DNA from: Nitratidesulfovibrio vulgaris str. Hildenborough
GTDB lineage: Bacteria; Desulfobacterota; Desulfovibrionia; Desulfovibrionales; Desulfovibrionaceae
Assembly: GCF_000195755.1 (NCBI RefSeq)
Contig: NC_002937.3
Coordinates: 1,980,001 to 2,012,000 of the forward strand
DNA: 32,000 bases
Direction: 5' to 3'
This document shows positions 8,931 through 17,716 of the stretch, piece after piece; position 1 is the stretch's first letter, and every line of letters begins with the position of its first letter. The notes under the pieces are model-generated. The model searched no databases and was not told the DNA's origin. It was given only the letters and a program-made list of their open reading frames with translations. The translations under genes were made by a program, and so were the position numbers.

Positions 8931-10547
8931 ATGAGGCGACAGATCCACCTTTACGACACGACACTGCGGGATGGCTCGCAGTCCGAGGACATCAACCTCA
9001 ATACCCCGGACAAGCTCAAGATTGCGCTGCGCCTTGATGAACTGGGCATCGCGTACATCGAGGGCGGCTGGCCGGGGTCCAATCCGGTGGACGTCGCCTT
9101 CTTCAAGGAAATTCGCAACTACAACCTCAAGCAGGCGAAGATCAGCGCCTTCGGCAGTACGCACCATCCGTCGCATACCGCCGAGAACGACCCCAACCTG
9201 AAGGCCATCGCGGCGGCACGCACCGACGCCGCCGCGATCTTCGGCAAGTCGTGCGAGCGCCATGCGCGTGAGGCCCTGCGCCTTGACGGACGACGCAACC
9301 TCGACATCATCCACGACTCCATCGCCTTCCTGAAGAAGCAGGTCGCCGAGGTGTTCTTCGATGCCGAGCACTTCTTCGACGGGTACAGACACAATGCCGC
9401 CTACGCCCTCGAAGTGCTGCGACGCGCCCATGAAGCCGGAGGCGACGTGCTGGTACTGTGCGACACCAACGGCGGAACCCTGCCCCACGAGGTGCACGAC
9501 ATCGTCACCGCCGTGCGCGAGCAGCTGCCGGAGGCGAAACTCGGCATCCATGCCCATAACGACTGTGAAGTCGCCGTCGCCAACAGCATCGCGGCCGTCC
9601 AGGCAGGGGCCGTTCAGGTACAGGGCACCATGAACGGCGTGGGTGAACGCTGCGGCAACGCCAACCTCTCGTCGGTCATCCCCATTCTCGAACTCAAGAG
9701 CGCCGGGGCGTACGCCTGCCTGCCGGAAGGCAGGTTACAGCAACTCACCGCCGTGTCCTCCTATGTCTCGGAGGTGACCAACCTGCCGCCCTTCAGCCGG
9801 CAGCCCTTCGTGGGGCGTTCTGCCTTCGCCCACAAGGGGGGGGTGCATGTGAGTGCGGTGAACCGCAATGCCACACTCTACGAACACATCACCCCCGAGT
9901 CGGTGGGCAACCACCAGAGAGTGCTCATCACCGAACTTGCGGGACGCAGCAACATCGTCTCGCTGGCGCGTCGCTTCGGGTTCCATCTGGACAAGGATGA
10001 GCCCGTTGTGAAGGGCCTCATGAACGAGCTGAAGAAGAAGGCCAGCCTCGGCTACGACTACGCAGCGGCGGAAGCCAGCGTGGAGTTGCTCCTGCTGCGC
10101 AAGCTGGCACGGCGCGGGGTTCGCGAGTTCTTCAAGCTCATCCAGTTCAGGGTACTCGAATCGAAGCAGGAGAACGACCTCGAGCCCATGTCCGAAGCCT
10201 CGGTCATGGTCGAGGTCGAGGGCATCATCGAACACACGGCAGCCACCGGGCGCGGCCCGGTGAACGCCCTCGACAACGCCTTGCGCAAGGCGCTGTCGAG
10301 CTTCTACCCGCGCATCCGCGAGATGCGCCTGCTGGACTTCAAGGTACGGGTGCTCACCGGGACGGAGACCGACGGTGGTACCGCCTCCACCGTGCGGGTG
10401 CTCATCGAATCGGGTGACGCAGACAGCCGTTGGGTGACAGTGGGCGTGTCCTACAACATCATCGAAGCCAGCTGGCAGGCCCTTGCCGACTCGATGACGT
10501 ACAAACTCTACAAAGACGAACATGTCCAACGGGGCATGACAGATTGA
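8931..10547 (+). CDS. cimA: (R)-citramalate synthase-type member of the LeuA/HMGL family
   Basis: 538 aa. LYDTTLRDGSQSEDINL...LDELGIAYIEGGWPGSNPVD is the pattern I associate with the citramalate-synthase clade rather than classical LeuA. GGAG lies 6 nt upstream of ATG 8931. The clade assignment is from memory. Confidence 0.7.
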   Translation: MRRQIHLYDTTLRDGSQSEDINLNTPDKLKIALRLDELGIAYIEGGWPGSNPVDVAFFKEIRNYNLKQAKISAFGSTHHPSHTAENDPNLKAIAAARTDAAAIFGKSCERHAREALRLDGRRNLDIIHDSIAFLKKQVAEVFFDAEHFFDGYRHNAAYALEVLRRAHEAGGDVLVLCDTNGGTLPHEVHDIVTAVREQLPEAKLGIHAHNDCEVAVANSIAAVQAGAVQVQGTMNGVGERCGNANLSSVIPILELKSAGAYACLPEGRLQQLTAVSSYVSEVTNLPPFSRQPFVGRSAFAHKGGVHVSAVNRNATLYEHITPESVGNHQRVLITELAGRSNIVSLARRFGFHLDKDEPVVKGLMNELKKKASLGYDYAAAEASVELLLLRKLARRGVREFFKLIQFRVLESKQENDLEPMSEASVMVEVEGIIEHTAATGRGPVNALDNALRKALSSFYPRIREMRLLDFKVRVLTGTETDGGTASTVRVLIESGDADSRWVTVGVSYNIIEASWQALADSMTYKLYKDEHVQRGMTD

Positions 10548-10553
10548 CCACGG

Positions 10554-10587
10554 GGCCGTAGGCGGGCGCATCGGTCCGCTTACGGCC
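10554..10587 (+). terminator. Candidate terminator hairpin after cimA
   Basis: GGCCGTAGGCGG-(10 nt)-CCGCTTACGGCC, 12 bp including one G-U pair, starting 7 nt after the stop. The U-tract is weak (TTCACATCC). Confidence 0.4.
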
Positions 10588-11066
10588 TTCACATCCCCAC
10601 CAGTGCATCTTCGGATGCCCCCCCACATTCCTGACTCATCCATGACACGGCCGTGTTCGTGGATGTCGATGCTTCATCCACCATGCCCCACCCGCAGATG
10701 GACATGCCTCCCACTAAGACGAAAGCGGACGGGGGGCTACGCGGTGGTTGCCCGTCCTCTCTCGCAGCACCACCAATGCGAGCTATATATTTCACAAATA
10801 GCTTGCCCCATCTATCACAAGCCTTCTTCGCACCAACCTTTCTAGAATGACACAAATCGGACATAATGTAGCACGAAGCATCCCGTTTGCGCGCCCAATC
10901 GTCGCTTGCAATGCTGTTGCATCACCTTTTTCGATGAAAAGCTGCTCTCGCTATCGGCATTCCGTTGACACATCTTTTTGAGGGCAGGTATTCCAGAAGA
11001 GCAAGCACGTTACGTTGCATTCACTCTATTGGCTGGCACTGCAAACGCCAAACGAAGGAGGCAGGG

Positions 11067-12020
11067 ATGAGTCTCACAAGGCGTGATTTCGTCAAACTGT
11101 GCACGGGCACGGTAGCAGGGTTCGGGATATCCCAGATGTTCCACCCCGCTGTCCATGAAGCCCTTGCCGGTACCCTCACCGGCGAACGCCCCCCGGTCTT
11201 CTGGCTTCAAGGCCAGGGCTGCACAGGCTGTTCGGTGACTCTACTCAACAGCGTTCACCCCAGCATCGCCGATGTCCTGCTCAAGGTCATCAGCCTTGAA
11301 TTCCACCCCACCGTCATGGCTTGGGAAGGTGAACACGCCATCGAGCACATGCGCAAGGTGGCTGAAAAGTTCAAGGGTAAGTTCTTCCTCGTCATCGAAG
11401 GCTCCGTGCCTGTCGAAGCCGACGGCAAGTACTGCATCATCGGCGAAGCGAACCACCATGAAATCTCCATGGTCGACGCGCTCAAGGAATTCGGTCCCAA
11501 CGCAGCCGCCGTCCTCGCTGTCGGCACCTGCGCAGCCTACGGGGGCATTCCCGCCGCCGAAGGCAGTGAGACCGGTGCGACCGCAGTCTCCAAGTTCCTT
11601 GGTGACAACGGCATCAAGACTCCCGTCGTCAACATTCCCGGTTGCCCGCCCCACCCCGACTGGATTGTCGGCACCGTGGTGCTGGCACTCGATGCCATCA
11701 AGAAGAACGGCCTCGAAGGTGGTCTCGCCGAAGTGGTGAAGGTTCTCGACTCTGACGGTCGCCCCACCCCGTTCTTCGGCCGTAACATCCACGAGAACTG
11801 TCCGTACCTCGACAAGTACGACGAAGGTGTGATGTCCGCCACGTTCACCGACAAGGTCGGATGCCGCTACGACCTCGGCTGCAAGGGTCCCATGACCATG
11901 GCCGACTGTTTCGAGCGCAAGTGGAACGGTGGCGTCAACTGGTGCGTACAGAACGCTGTGTGCATCGGCTGCGTCGAGCCCGACTTCCCCGACGGCAAGT
12001 CGCCCTTCTACCAGGCATAA
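11067..12020 (+). CDS. hysB: [NiFeSe] hydrogenase small subunit (Tat signal)
   Basis: 317 aa. Twin-arginine signal MSLTRRDFVKLC...HEALA, proximal-cluster motif GCTGCS, GCPPHP, and distal/medial cluster cysteines. GAAGGAGG lies upstream of ATG 11067. Carries NWC where the neighbouring HynB has NWP. Confidence 0.9.
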   Translation: MSLTRRDFVKLCTGTVAGFGISQMFHPAVHEALAGTLTGERPPVFWLQGQGCTGCSVTLLNSVHPSIADVLLKVISLEFHPTVMAWEGEHAIEHMRKVAEKFKGKFFLVIEGSVPVEADGKYCIIGEANHHEISMVDALKEFGPNAAAVLAVGTCAAYGGIPAAEGSETGATAVSKFLGDNGIKTPVVNIPGCPPHPDWIVGTVVLALDAIKKNGLEGGLAEVVKVLDSDGRPTPFFGRNIHENCPYLDKYDEGVMSATFTDKVGCRYDLGCKGPMTMADCFERKWNGGVNWCVQNAVCIGCVEPDFPDGKSPFYQA

Positions 12021-12053
12021 GCCCAGCGCCGTCAGTCGCTTCAGGAGGATATC

Positions 12054-13586
12054 ATGTCCGGATGCACTCCCAAGGCCGCACCCGCCGGGGCCACCGGCAG
12101 GACGACCATCGCCATCGACCCGGTAACCCGAATCGAAGGCCACCTCAAAGCAGAGGTCGTCGTCGAGAACGGTAAGGTCGTCGACGCCCGTCTCTCGGGC
12201 GGCATGTACCGTGGTTTCGAGACCATCCTGCGCGGGCGCGACCCGCGCGACGCTTCGCAGATCGTACAGCGCATCTGCGGCGTGTGCCCCACTGCGCACT
12301 CCACCGCCTCCGTCCTCGCACTCGACGAGGCCTTCGGCGCCAAGGTGCCCAACAACGGGCGCATCACGCGTAACCTCATCTTCGGTGCCAACTACCTGCA
12401 GTCGCACATCCTGCACTTCTACCACCTCTCCGCGCAGGACTTCGTGCAGGGCCCGGATACGGCTCCTTTCGTTCCGCGCTTCCCCAAGTCGGACCTGCGC
12501 CTTTCGAAGGAACTGAACAAGGCCGGTGTCGACCAGTACATCGAAGCCCTCGAAGTTCGTCGCATCTGCCACGAGATGGTCGCCCTCTTCGGTGGCCGTA
12601 TGCCTCACGTACAGGGGCAGGTCGTCGGTGGTGCCACCGAAATCCCCACCAAGGAGAAGCTGGTCGAATACGCTGCCCGCTTCAAGAAGGTGCGCGATTT
12701 CGTTGAGCAGAAGTACGTGCCCGTGGTGTACACCATCGGCAGCAAGTACAAGGACATGTTCAAGGTCGGCCAGGGCTTCAAGGCTGCGCTCTGCGTGGGT
12801 GCCTTCCCGCTCGACAACAGCGGCAAGAAGCACCTGTTCATGCCCGGCGTGTACGCCAAGGGCAAGGACATGCCTTTCGATCCCTCGAAGATCAAGGAAT
12901 ACGTCAAGTACTCCTGGTTCGCTGAAGAGACGACCGGCCTCAATTACAAGGAAGGCAAGACCATTCCTGCCCCTGACAAGGCCGGTGCGTACAGCTTCGT
13001 CAAGGCTCCCCGCTACGACGGTCTGTCTCTCGAAGTGGGCCCGCTGGCACGCATGTGGGTCAACAACCCCGAGCTTTCGCCCGTGGGTAAGAAGCTGCTG
13101 AAGGACCTGTTCGGCATCTCCGCCAAGAAGTTCCGCGACCTTGGTGAAGAAGCGGCCTTCTCGCTGATGGGCCGCCACGTGGCCCGCGCCGAAGAGACCT
13201 ACTACATGCTTGGCGCCATCGAAGGCTGGCTCAAGGAAATCAAGGCTGGCGAAGATACCGTCGTCATGCCCGCAGTTCCCGCCTCTGCCGAAGGCACCGG
13301 CTTCACCGAAGCGCCGCGCGGCTCTCTGCTGCACTACGTGAAGGTGAAGGACTCGAAGATCGACAACTACCAGATCGTCTCCGCATCGCTGTGGAACTGC
13401 AACCCGCGCGACGATATGGGACAGCGTGGTGCTGTCGAGGAAGCCCTCATCGGCATCCCCGTCGACGACATCCAGAACCCGGTGAACGTGGCGCGTCTCA
13501 TACGCGCCTTCGACCCGTGACTGGGCTGTGCCGTGCACGTGCTGCACGCTGAGTCCGGCAAGGTCGCCGTCATCGAAGTGAAGTAG
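12054..13586 (+). CDS. hysA: [NiFeSe] hydrogenase large subunit, with TGA 13518-13520 decoded as selenocysteine
   Basis: N-terminal Ni motif RICGVCPTAH. The track ORF stops at ...AFDP-TGA, but the frame stays open: LGCAVHVLHAESGKVAVIEVK then TAG at 13584-13586. With Sec this gives DP-U-LG-C-AV-H, parallel to DPCIACGVH of HynA. AGGAGG lies upstream of ATG 12054. Confidence 0.85.
13531..13550 (+). promoter_or_regulatory. Candidate SECIS hairpin for the hysA UGA
   Basis: CGTGCA-cgtgc-TGCACG stem-loop (13532-13548) begins 11 nt 3' of the UGA, which is the usual bacterial SECIS position. The stem is only 6 bp and was not evaluated against a SECIS model. Confidence 0.4.
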
Positions 13587-13607
13587 ACGAAAAGACCCGA
13601 TCATGAA

Positions 13608-13638
13608 GGGGAGGGGCCGCGAGCCTCTCCCCTTTTCT
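13608..13638 (+). terminator. Rho-independent terminator after the extended hysA stop
   Basis: GGGGAGGGGC-cgcga-GCCTCTCCCC (10 bp, one G-U pair) followed by TTTTCT, 22 nt after TAG 13586. Confidence 0.8.
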
Positions 13639-13854
13639 ATGCCGCACTGATGGCATCTTTGCTGCCGACGCCCATGATGTTAGGGTTCCAACGGCACGGC
13701 GACGGCAACAGATAGGGGGTAGCAACCTCCCTTGCATCGCACAGGCGCCGCAAGCGGCAGTATCGCCTCTCAGCCCCGGATGCCGGAAGCCTTCCTGTCA
13801 CCCTTCTGCGACTCTTTCACCCCGCGACCCTACCGTCGCATAACGGAGCCTGAA

Positions 13855-14325
13855 ATGAAGAAACTGCTTGTGCTCGGCATCGGAAACATGTTGCTCACCG
13901 ATGACGGGGTCGGTGTTTTCGCGGCCCAGGAACTGATGAAAGAGACGTGGCCCGACAACGTCAACATCATGGAAGCAGGCACCTTCACACAGGATATCTT
14001 CTATCTTTTCGAAGGGTATGATGCCCTGCTCGTGCTCGATATCATCCACACCGGCGCAGAGCCCGGCACGATATACCGTCTTTCTGAAGAAGACCTCGTG
14101 CAGAAGGAGAGCCAGCGCCTCTCCATCCACGACATCGACCTGATAGACTCTCTTCGCATGGCAGAGATGCTGGGTGGCAAGAAGCCCACCATGCATGTGC
14201 TAGGCATGGAACCCTTCGACTACACGACATGGAACATCGGTCTGTCCGCACCTCTTTCGGAACGGTACCCGGCATTCCTTCAGCTTGCCCGCGAAGAGAT
14301 ACAGGCGATACTCGCTTCGTTCTGA
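13855..14325 (+). CDS. Hydrogenase maturation endopeptidase (HyaD/HoxM/HynC family), adjacent to hysBA
   Basis: 156 aa. LVLGIGNMLLTDDGVGV and LLVLDIIH...SIHDIDL are the metal-ligand Asp/His motifs of the family. GGAG lies upstream of ATG 13855. Confidence 0.85.
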   Translation: MKKLLVLGIGNMLLTDDGVGVFAAQELMKETWPDNVNIMEAGTFTQDIFYLFEGYDALLVLDIIHTGAEPGTIYRLSEEDLVQKESQRLSIHDIDLIDSLRMAEMLGGKKPTMHVLGMEPFDYTTWNIGLSAPLSERYPAFLQLAREEIQAILASF

Positions 14326-14411
14326 CGGCGCGGTAACACGATTTCGGCAACTGTAACAAGACCGTCTGAACAATCAACACCTGATAGAATCCATACGCCC
14401 CCATGTATGAC

Positions 14412-14450
14412 AAGGGCCGGAGGCATATCTAATGCCTCCGGCCCTTTCTG
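14412..14450 (+). terminator. Rho-independent terminator
   Basis: AAGGGCCGGAGGCAT-atcta-ATGCCTCCGGCCCTT, a 15-bp perfect stem followed by TCTG. Confidence 0.8.
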
Positions 14451-14642
14451 CATCATCAAAGGCTATTATTTTCCGTATCGAAATAGTCATTATCGATTGG
14501 ATACACCCCATCCACCATGCTACCACAATGATACGTGCGTAATGCGTACGCCGCAGGTGCGGGCCTCGGCTTGATGCGCACGGCCCCACAACGTCACCTG
14601 CCCACAGGGTTACAGGGCAGGCGCAGCGCAAGGAGGATGCGA

Positions 14643-15596
14643 ATGCGATTCTCAGTCGGTCTTGGCAAGGAAGGCGCGGAAGAACGTCTGGCGCGGCGTG
14701 GCGTCAGCCGACGCGACTTCCTCAAATTCTGTACGGCGATAGCCGTGACGATGGGCATGGGGCCCGCGTTTGCGCCAGAAGTGGCGCGTGCGCTGACCGG
14801 AAGCCGCCGGCCATCGGTGGTGTATCTGCACAACGCCGAATGCACAGGCTGTTCAGAGTCCGTCCTGCGTGCCTTTCAGCCGTACCTCGACGAACTCATT
14901 CTCGACACCATCTCTCTCGACTACCACGAAACCATCATGGCAGCGGCAGGCGATGCCGCTGAAGCAGCCCTGCATCAGGCCGTCGCCAACCCCGACGGCT
15001 TCATCTGCATCGTCGAAGGTGCCATACCCACGGCCGACAACGGCATCTATGGCAAGGTCGCCAACCACACGATGCTCTCCATCTGCAGTGACATCGTCCC
15101 CAAGGCCAAAGCCGTCATCGCGTACGGTACGTGCGCGACCTTCGGTGGCGTGCAGGCAGCCAAGCCCAACCCAACCGGGGCAAAGGGGCTCAACGACGCC
15201 CTCAAGCATCTTGGCGTGAACGCCATAAACCTCGCGGGGTGCCCGCCCAACCCCTACAATCTCGTGGGAACCCTCGTCTACTATCTCAAGAACAACGCCG
15301 CACCTGAAATGGACGAGTTCAACCGTCCGCTCATGTTCTTCGGCCAGTCCGTTCACGACAACTGCCCCCGCCTCAAGCACTTCGACGCTGGCGAATTCGC
15401 GCCGTCGTTCGAGTCCGAAGAGGCACGCAAGGGCTGGTGTCTGTACGAACTGGGCTGCAAGGGGCCTTCAACCATGAACAACTGCCCCAAGATCAAGTTC
15501 AATCAGACGAACTGGCCCGTCGAAGCGGGGCACCCCTGCATCGGCTGCAGCGAACCCGACTTCTGGGACGAAAAGAGCCCGTTCTACGAAAGCTAG
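14643..15596 (+). CDS. hynB: Periplasmic [NiFe] hydrogenase small subunit (long Tat signal)
   Basis: 317 aa from ATG 14643, with AGGAGG at 14631-14636 (6-nt spacing). [30 protein letters not shown]...ARA, then [14 protein letters not shown] and [12 protein letters not shown]. Confidence 0.9.
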   Translation: MRFSVGLGKEGAEERLARRGVSRRDFLKFCTAIAVTMGMGPAFAPEVARALTGSRRPSVVYLHNAECTGCSESVLRAFQPYLDELILDTISLDYHETIMAAAGDAAEAALHQAVANPDGFICIVEGAIPTADNGIYGKVANHTMLSICSDIVPKAKAVIAYGTCATFGGVQAAKPNPTGAKGLNDALKHLGVNAINLAGCPPNPYNLVGTLVYYLKNNAAPEMDEFNRPLMFFGQSVHDNCPRLKHFDAGEFAPSFESEEARKGWCLYELGCKGPSTMNNCPKIKFNQTNWPVEAGHPCIGCSEPDFWDEKSPFYES

Positions 15597-15647
15597 GTCG
15601 CCAGTCACTGAACCGAAGAACCAACTCTTCCAAGAAGGAGGAAGCCC

Positions 15648-17348
15648 ATGGGCGGCTGCAAAGCCAAGACAGCTCCGGGTGTGCCCGTCACGCCACAGAG
15701 CAGCTATACCGGCCCCATCACCATCGACCCTGTGACCCGAATCGAAGGCCACCTTCGCATCGAAGTCGAGGTCGAAAACGGCAAGGTGAAGCGCGCATAC
15801 AGCAGTTCGACGCTCTTCAGGGGGCTTGAGATCATCCTGAAGGGACGCGACCCGCGCGATGCGCAGCACTTCACTCAGCGCACCTGCGGCGTGTGCACCT
15901 ACACGCATGCGCTGGCTTCCACGCGCTGCGTCGACAACGCGGTGGGCGTGCATATCCCCAAGAATGCCACATACATCCGCAACCTCGTTCTGGGTGCGCA
16001 GTATCTGCACGACCACATCGTGCACTTCTACCACCTGCACGCGCTCGACTTCGTCGACGTGACCAACGCCCTCAAGGCCGACCCGGCCAAGGCTGCGAAG
16101 ATCGCGTCATCCATATCGCCCCGCAAGACAACGGCGGCCGACCTCAAGGCCGTACAGGACAAGCTCAAGGCGTTCGTGGCCAGCGGGCAACTCGGCCCCT
16201 TCACCAACGCCTACTTCCTCGGCGGTCACCCCGCCTACTATCTCGAACCCGAACTCGACCTCATCGCCACGGCCCACTACCTCGAAGCGCTTCGGCTTCA
16301 GGTCAAGGCCGCCCGCGCCATGGCCGTCTTCGGTGCCAAGAACCCGCATACCCAGTTCACCGTGGTGGGTGGGGTCACCTGCTACGACGCGCTCACGCCC
16401 AAGCGCATCCAGGAATTCACCGACCTCTGGAAAGAGACGAAGGCCTTCGTCGATGAGGTGTACATCCCCGACCTGCTGGCGGTGGCATCGCGCTACAAGG
16501 ACTGGACACAGTACGGTGGCACCACCAACTTCATCACCTTCGGCGAGTTCCCCAAGGACGAATACGACCTGAACAGCCGTTTCTTCAAGCCCGGCGCGGT
16601 GTTCAAGCGCGACTTCCAGAACATCAAGCCGTTCGACCCCATGCAGATTCGCGAACACGTGCGGCACAGCTGGTACGAAGGTGCCGAAGCGCGCCACCCG
16701 TGGAAGGGTGCGACAGAACCCAAGTACACCGACCTGCACGGAGAGGACCGCTACTCGTGGATGAAGGCCCCGCGCTACATGGACGACCCCATGGAGACCG
16801 GCCCCCTCGCGCAGGTGCTGGTGGCCTATGCGCAGGGCCACAAGCAGGTGAAGGCGGTCACCGACACCGTACTCGGCGCTCTTGGCGTCGGTCCCGAAGC
16901 CCTGTTCTCCACACTGGGACGCACGGCGGCGCGCGGCATCGAGACCGCGGTCATCGCCGCCCAGATGGAACAGTGGCTGAACGAGTACAAGGACAACATC
17001 GCCAGCGGCGACAACAAGATCGTCGAGCCATGGGAGATGCCCAAGCAGGCTGAGGGTGTCGGCTTCGTCACCGCACCACGCGGCGGCCTCTCGCACTGGA
17101 TACGCATCGAGGACGGACGCATCGGCAACTTCCAGCTTGTCGTTCCCTCGACGTGGACGCTTGGCCCCCGCTGTGCGAACAACAAGCCCAGCCCCGTCGA
17201 AGAGGCACTGGTGGGAACCCCGGTCGCGGACGCGAAGCGCCCCGTCGAGATTCTGCGCACCGTCCACTCCTTCGACCCGTGCATAGCCTGTGGCGTACAC
17301 GTCATCGACTCACAGACCAACGAAGTACACAAGTTCCGCATCCTGTAG
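15648..17348 (+). CDS. hynA: Periplasmic [NiFe] hydrogenase large subunit
   Basis: 566 aa. RTCGVCTYTH N-terminal and DPCIACGVH C-terminal Ni-binding motifs, with a 15-aa C-terminal extension after the His. GAAGGAGGAAG lies upstream. Confidence 0.95.
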   Translation: MGGCKAKTAPGVPVTPQSSYTGPITIDPVTRIEGHLRIEVEVENGKVKRAYSSSTLFRGLEIILKGRDPRDAQHFTQRTCGVCTYTHALASTRCVDNAVGVHIPKNATYIRNLVLGAQYLHDHIVHFYHLHALDFVDVTNALKADPAKAAKIASSISPRKTTAADLKAVQDKLKAFVASGQLGPFTNAYFLGGHPAYYLEPELDLIATAHYLEALRLQVKAARAMAVFGAKNPHTQFTVVGGVTCYDALTPKRIQEFTDLWKETKAFVDEVYIPDLLAVASRYKDWTQYGGTTNFITFGEFPKDEYDLNSRFFKPGAVFKRDFQNIKPFDPMQIREHVRHSWYEGAEARHPWKGATEPKYTDLHGEDRYSWMKAPRYMDDPMETGPLAQVLVAYAQGHKQVKAVTDTVLGALGVGPEALFSTLGRTAARGIETAVIAAQMEQWLNEYKDNIASGDNKIVEPWEMPKQAEGVGFVTAPRGGLSHWIRIEDGRIGNFQLVVPSTWTLGPRCANNKPSPVEEALVGTPVADAKRPVEILRTVHSFDPCIACGVHVIDSQTNEVHKFRIL

Positions 17349-17366
17349 CGGACAGCGCAAGACAAC

Positions 17367-17389
17367 GGGGCTGGCCTTGGGCCAGCCCC
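17367..17389 (+). terminator. GC hairpin just after hynA (possible partial terminator or mRNA 3' stabiliser)
   Basis: GGGGCTGGCC-ttg-GGCCAGCCCC, a 10-bp stem 19 nt after the stop, followed by TCGCTCTTCC (weak U-tract). Confidence 0.5.
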
Positions 17390-17716
17390 TCGCTCTTCCA
17401 ACGGGTCATTGCCAACGCCCGACGCTATGAAGACAGCAGACGAGATACTGCCCGGCATCGCCAATGCCAGACGACGCACGCAGGCATGATGACATGCAGC
17501 TATTACGCCCATGGCGATGCGGCGACCTGCCCGAACGGATACGACGTTCTTGGCAGACTGCCGCTGTGAAGACGAACCGCACGTCTAGAACCCGGTATGG
17601 GACGGCATGAGACCTCGATCCCCGTTTCCGCGCTGGCAACGGGTTGCATCCCGACCGACCGTATCCACGATTCCGGCCTTGCGCCGGGTCCCTACACACC
17701 CTATAGTCTCGAGCAC

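Noticed and set aside
10589-10864. 91-aa minus-strand ORF and 65-80-aa plus-strand ORFs in the cimA-hysB spacer
   Set aside because: No SDs. They use codons that are rare in the flanking genes (TTA, ATA, AGA, CTA). No family resemblance.
11034-11048. TGGCAC-N5-acGC, resembling a sigma54 -24/-12 promoter just upstream of hysB
   Set aside because: The -12 element lacks the TT of TTGC. The predicted start site would fall inside the hysB Shine-Dalgarno (11054-11061), giving an mRNA without an RBS. Probably a chance match.
11241-13604. 787-aa minus-strand ORF spanning both hys genes
   Set aside because: Antisense shadow of hysB/hysA. It has no motifs and Gly/Val/Asp/His-rich junk composition. 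The plus-strand genes have SDs, Tat signal and Ni/Fe-S motifs.
14535-14642. Upstream starts for hynB (track start 14535; ATG 14637)
   Set aside because: ATG 14637 abuts the AGGAGG with zero spacing, and 14535 has no SD. ATG 14643 gives the 317-aa precursor with the expected long Tat leader.
16107-17300. 397-aa minus-strand ORF inside hynA. Similar long antisense ORFs occur at 3630..4925, 5488..6252, 8469..9557, 9735..10643, 19729..21045, 21169..21714 and 25322..26194
   Set aside because: All are opposite-strand shadows of confidently identified genes. None has a ribosome-binding site or a recognisable family signature.
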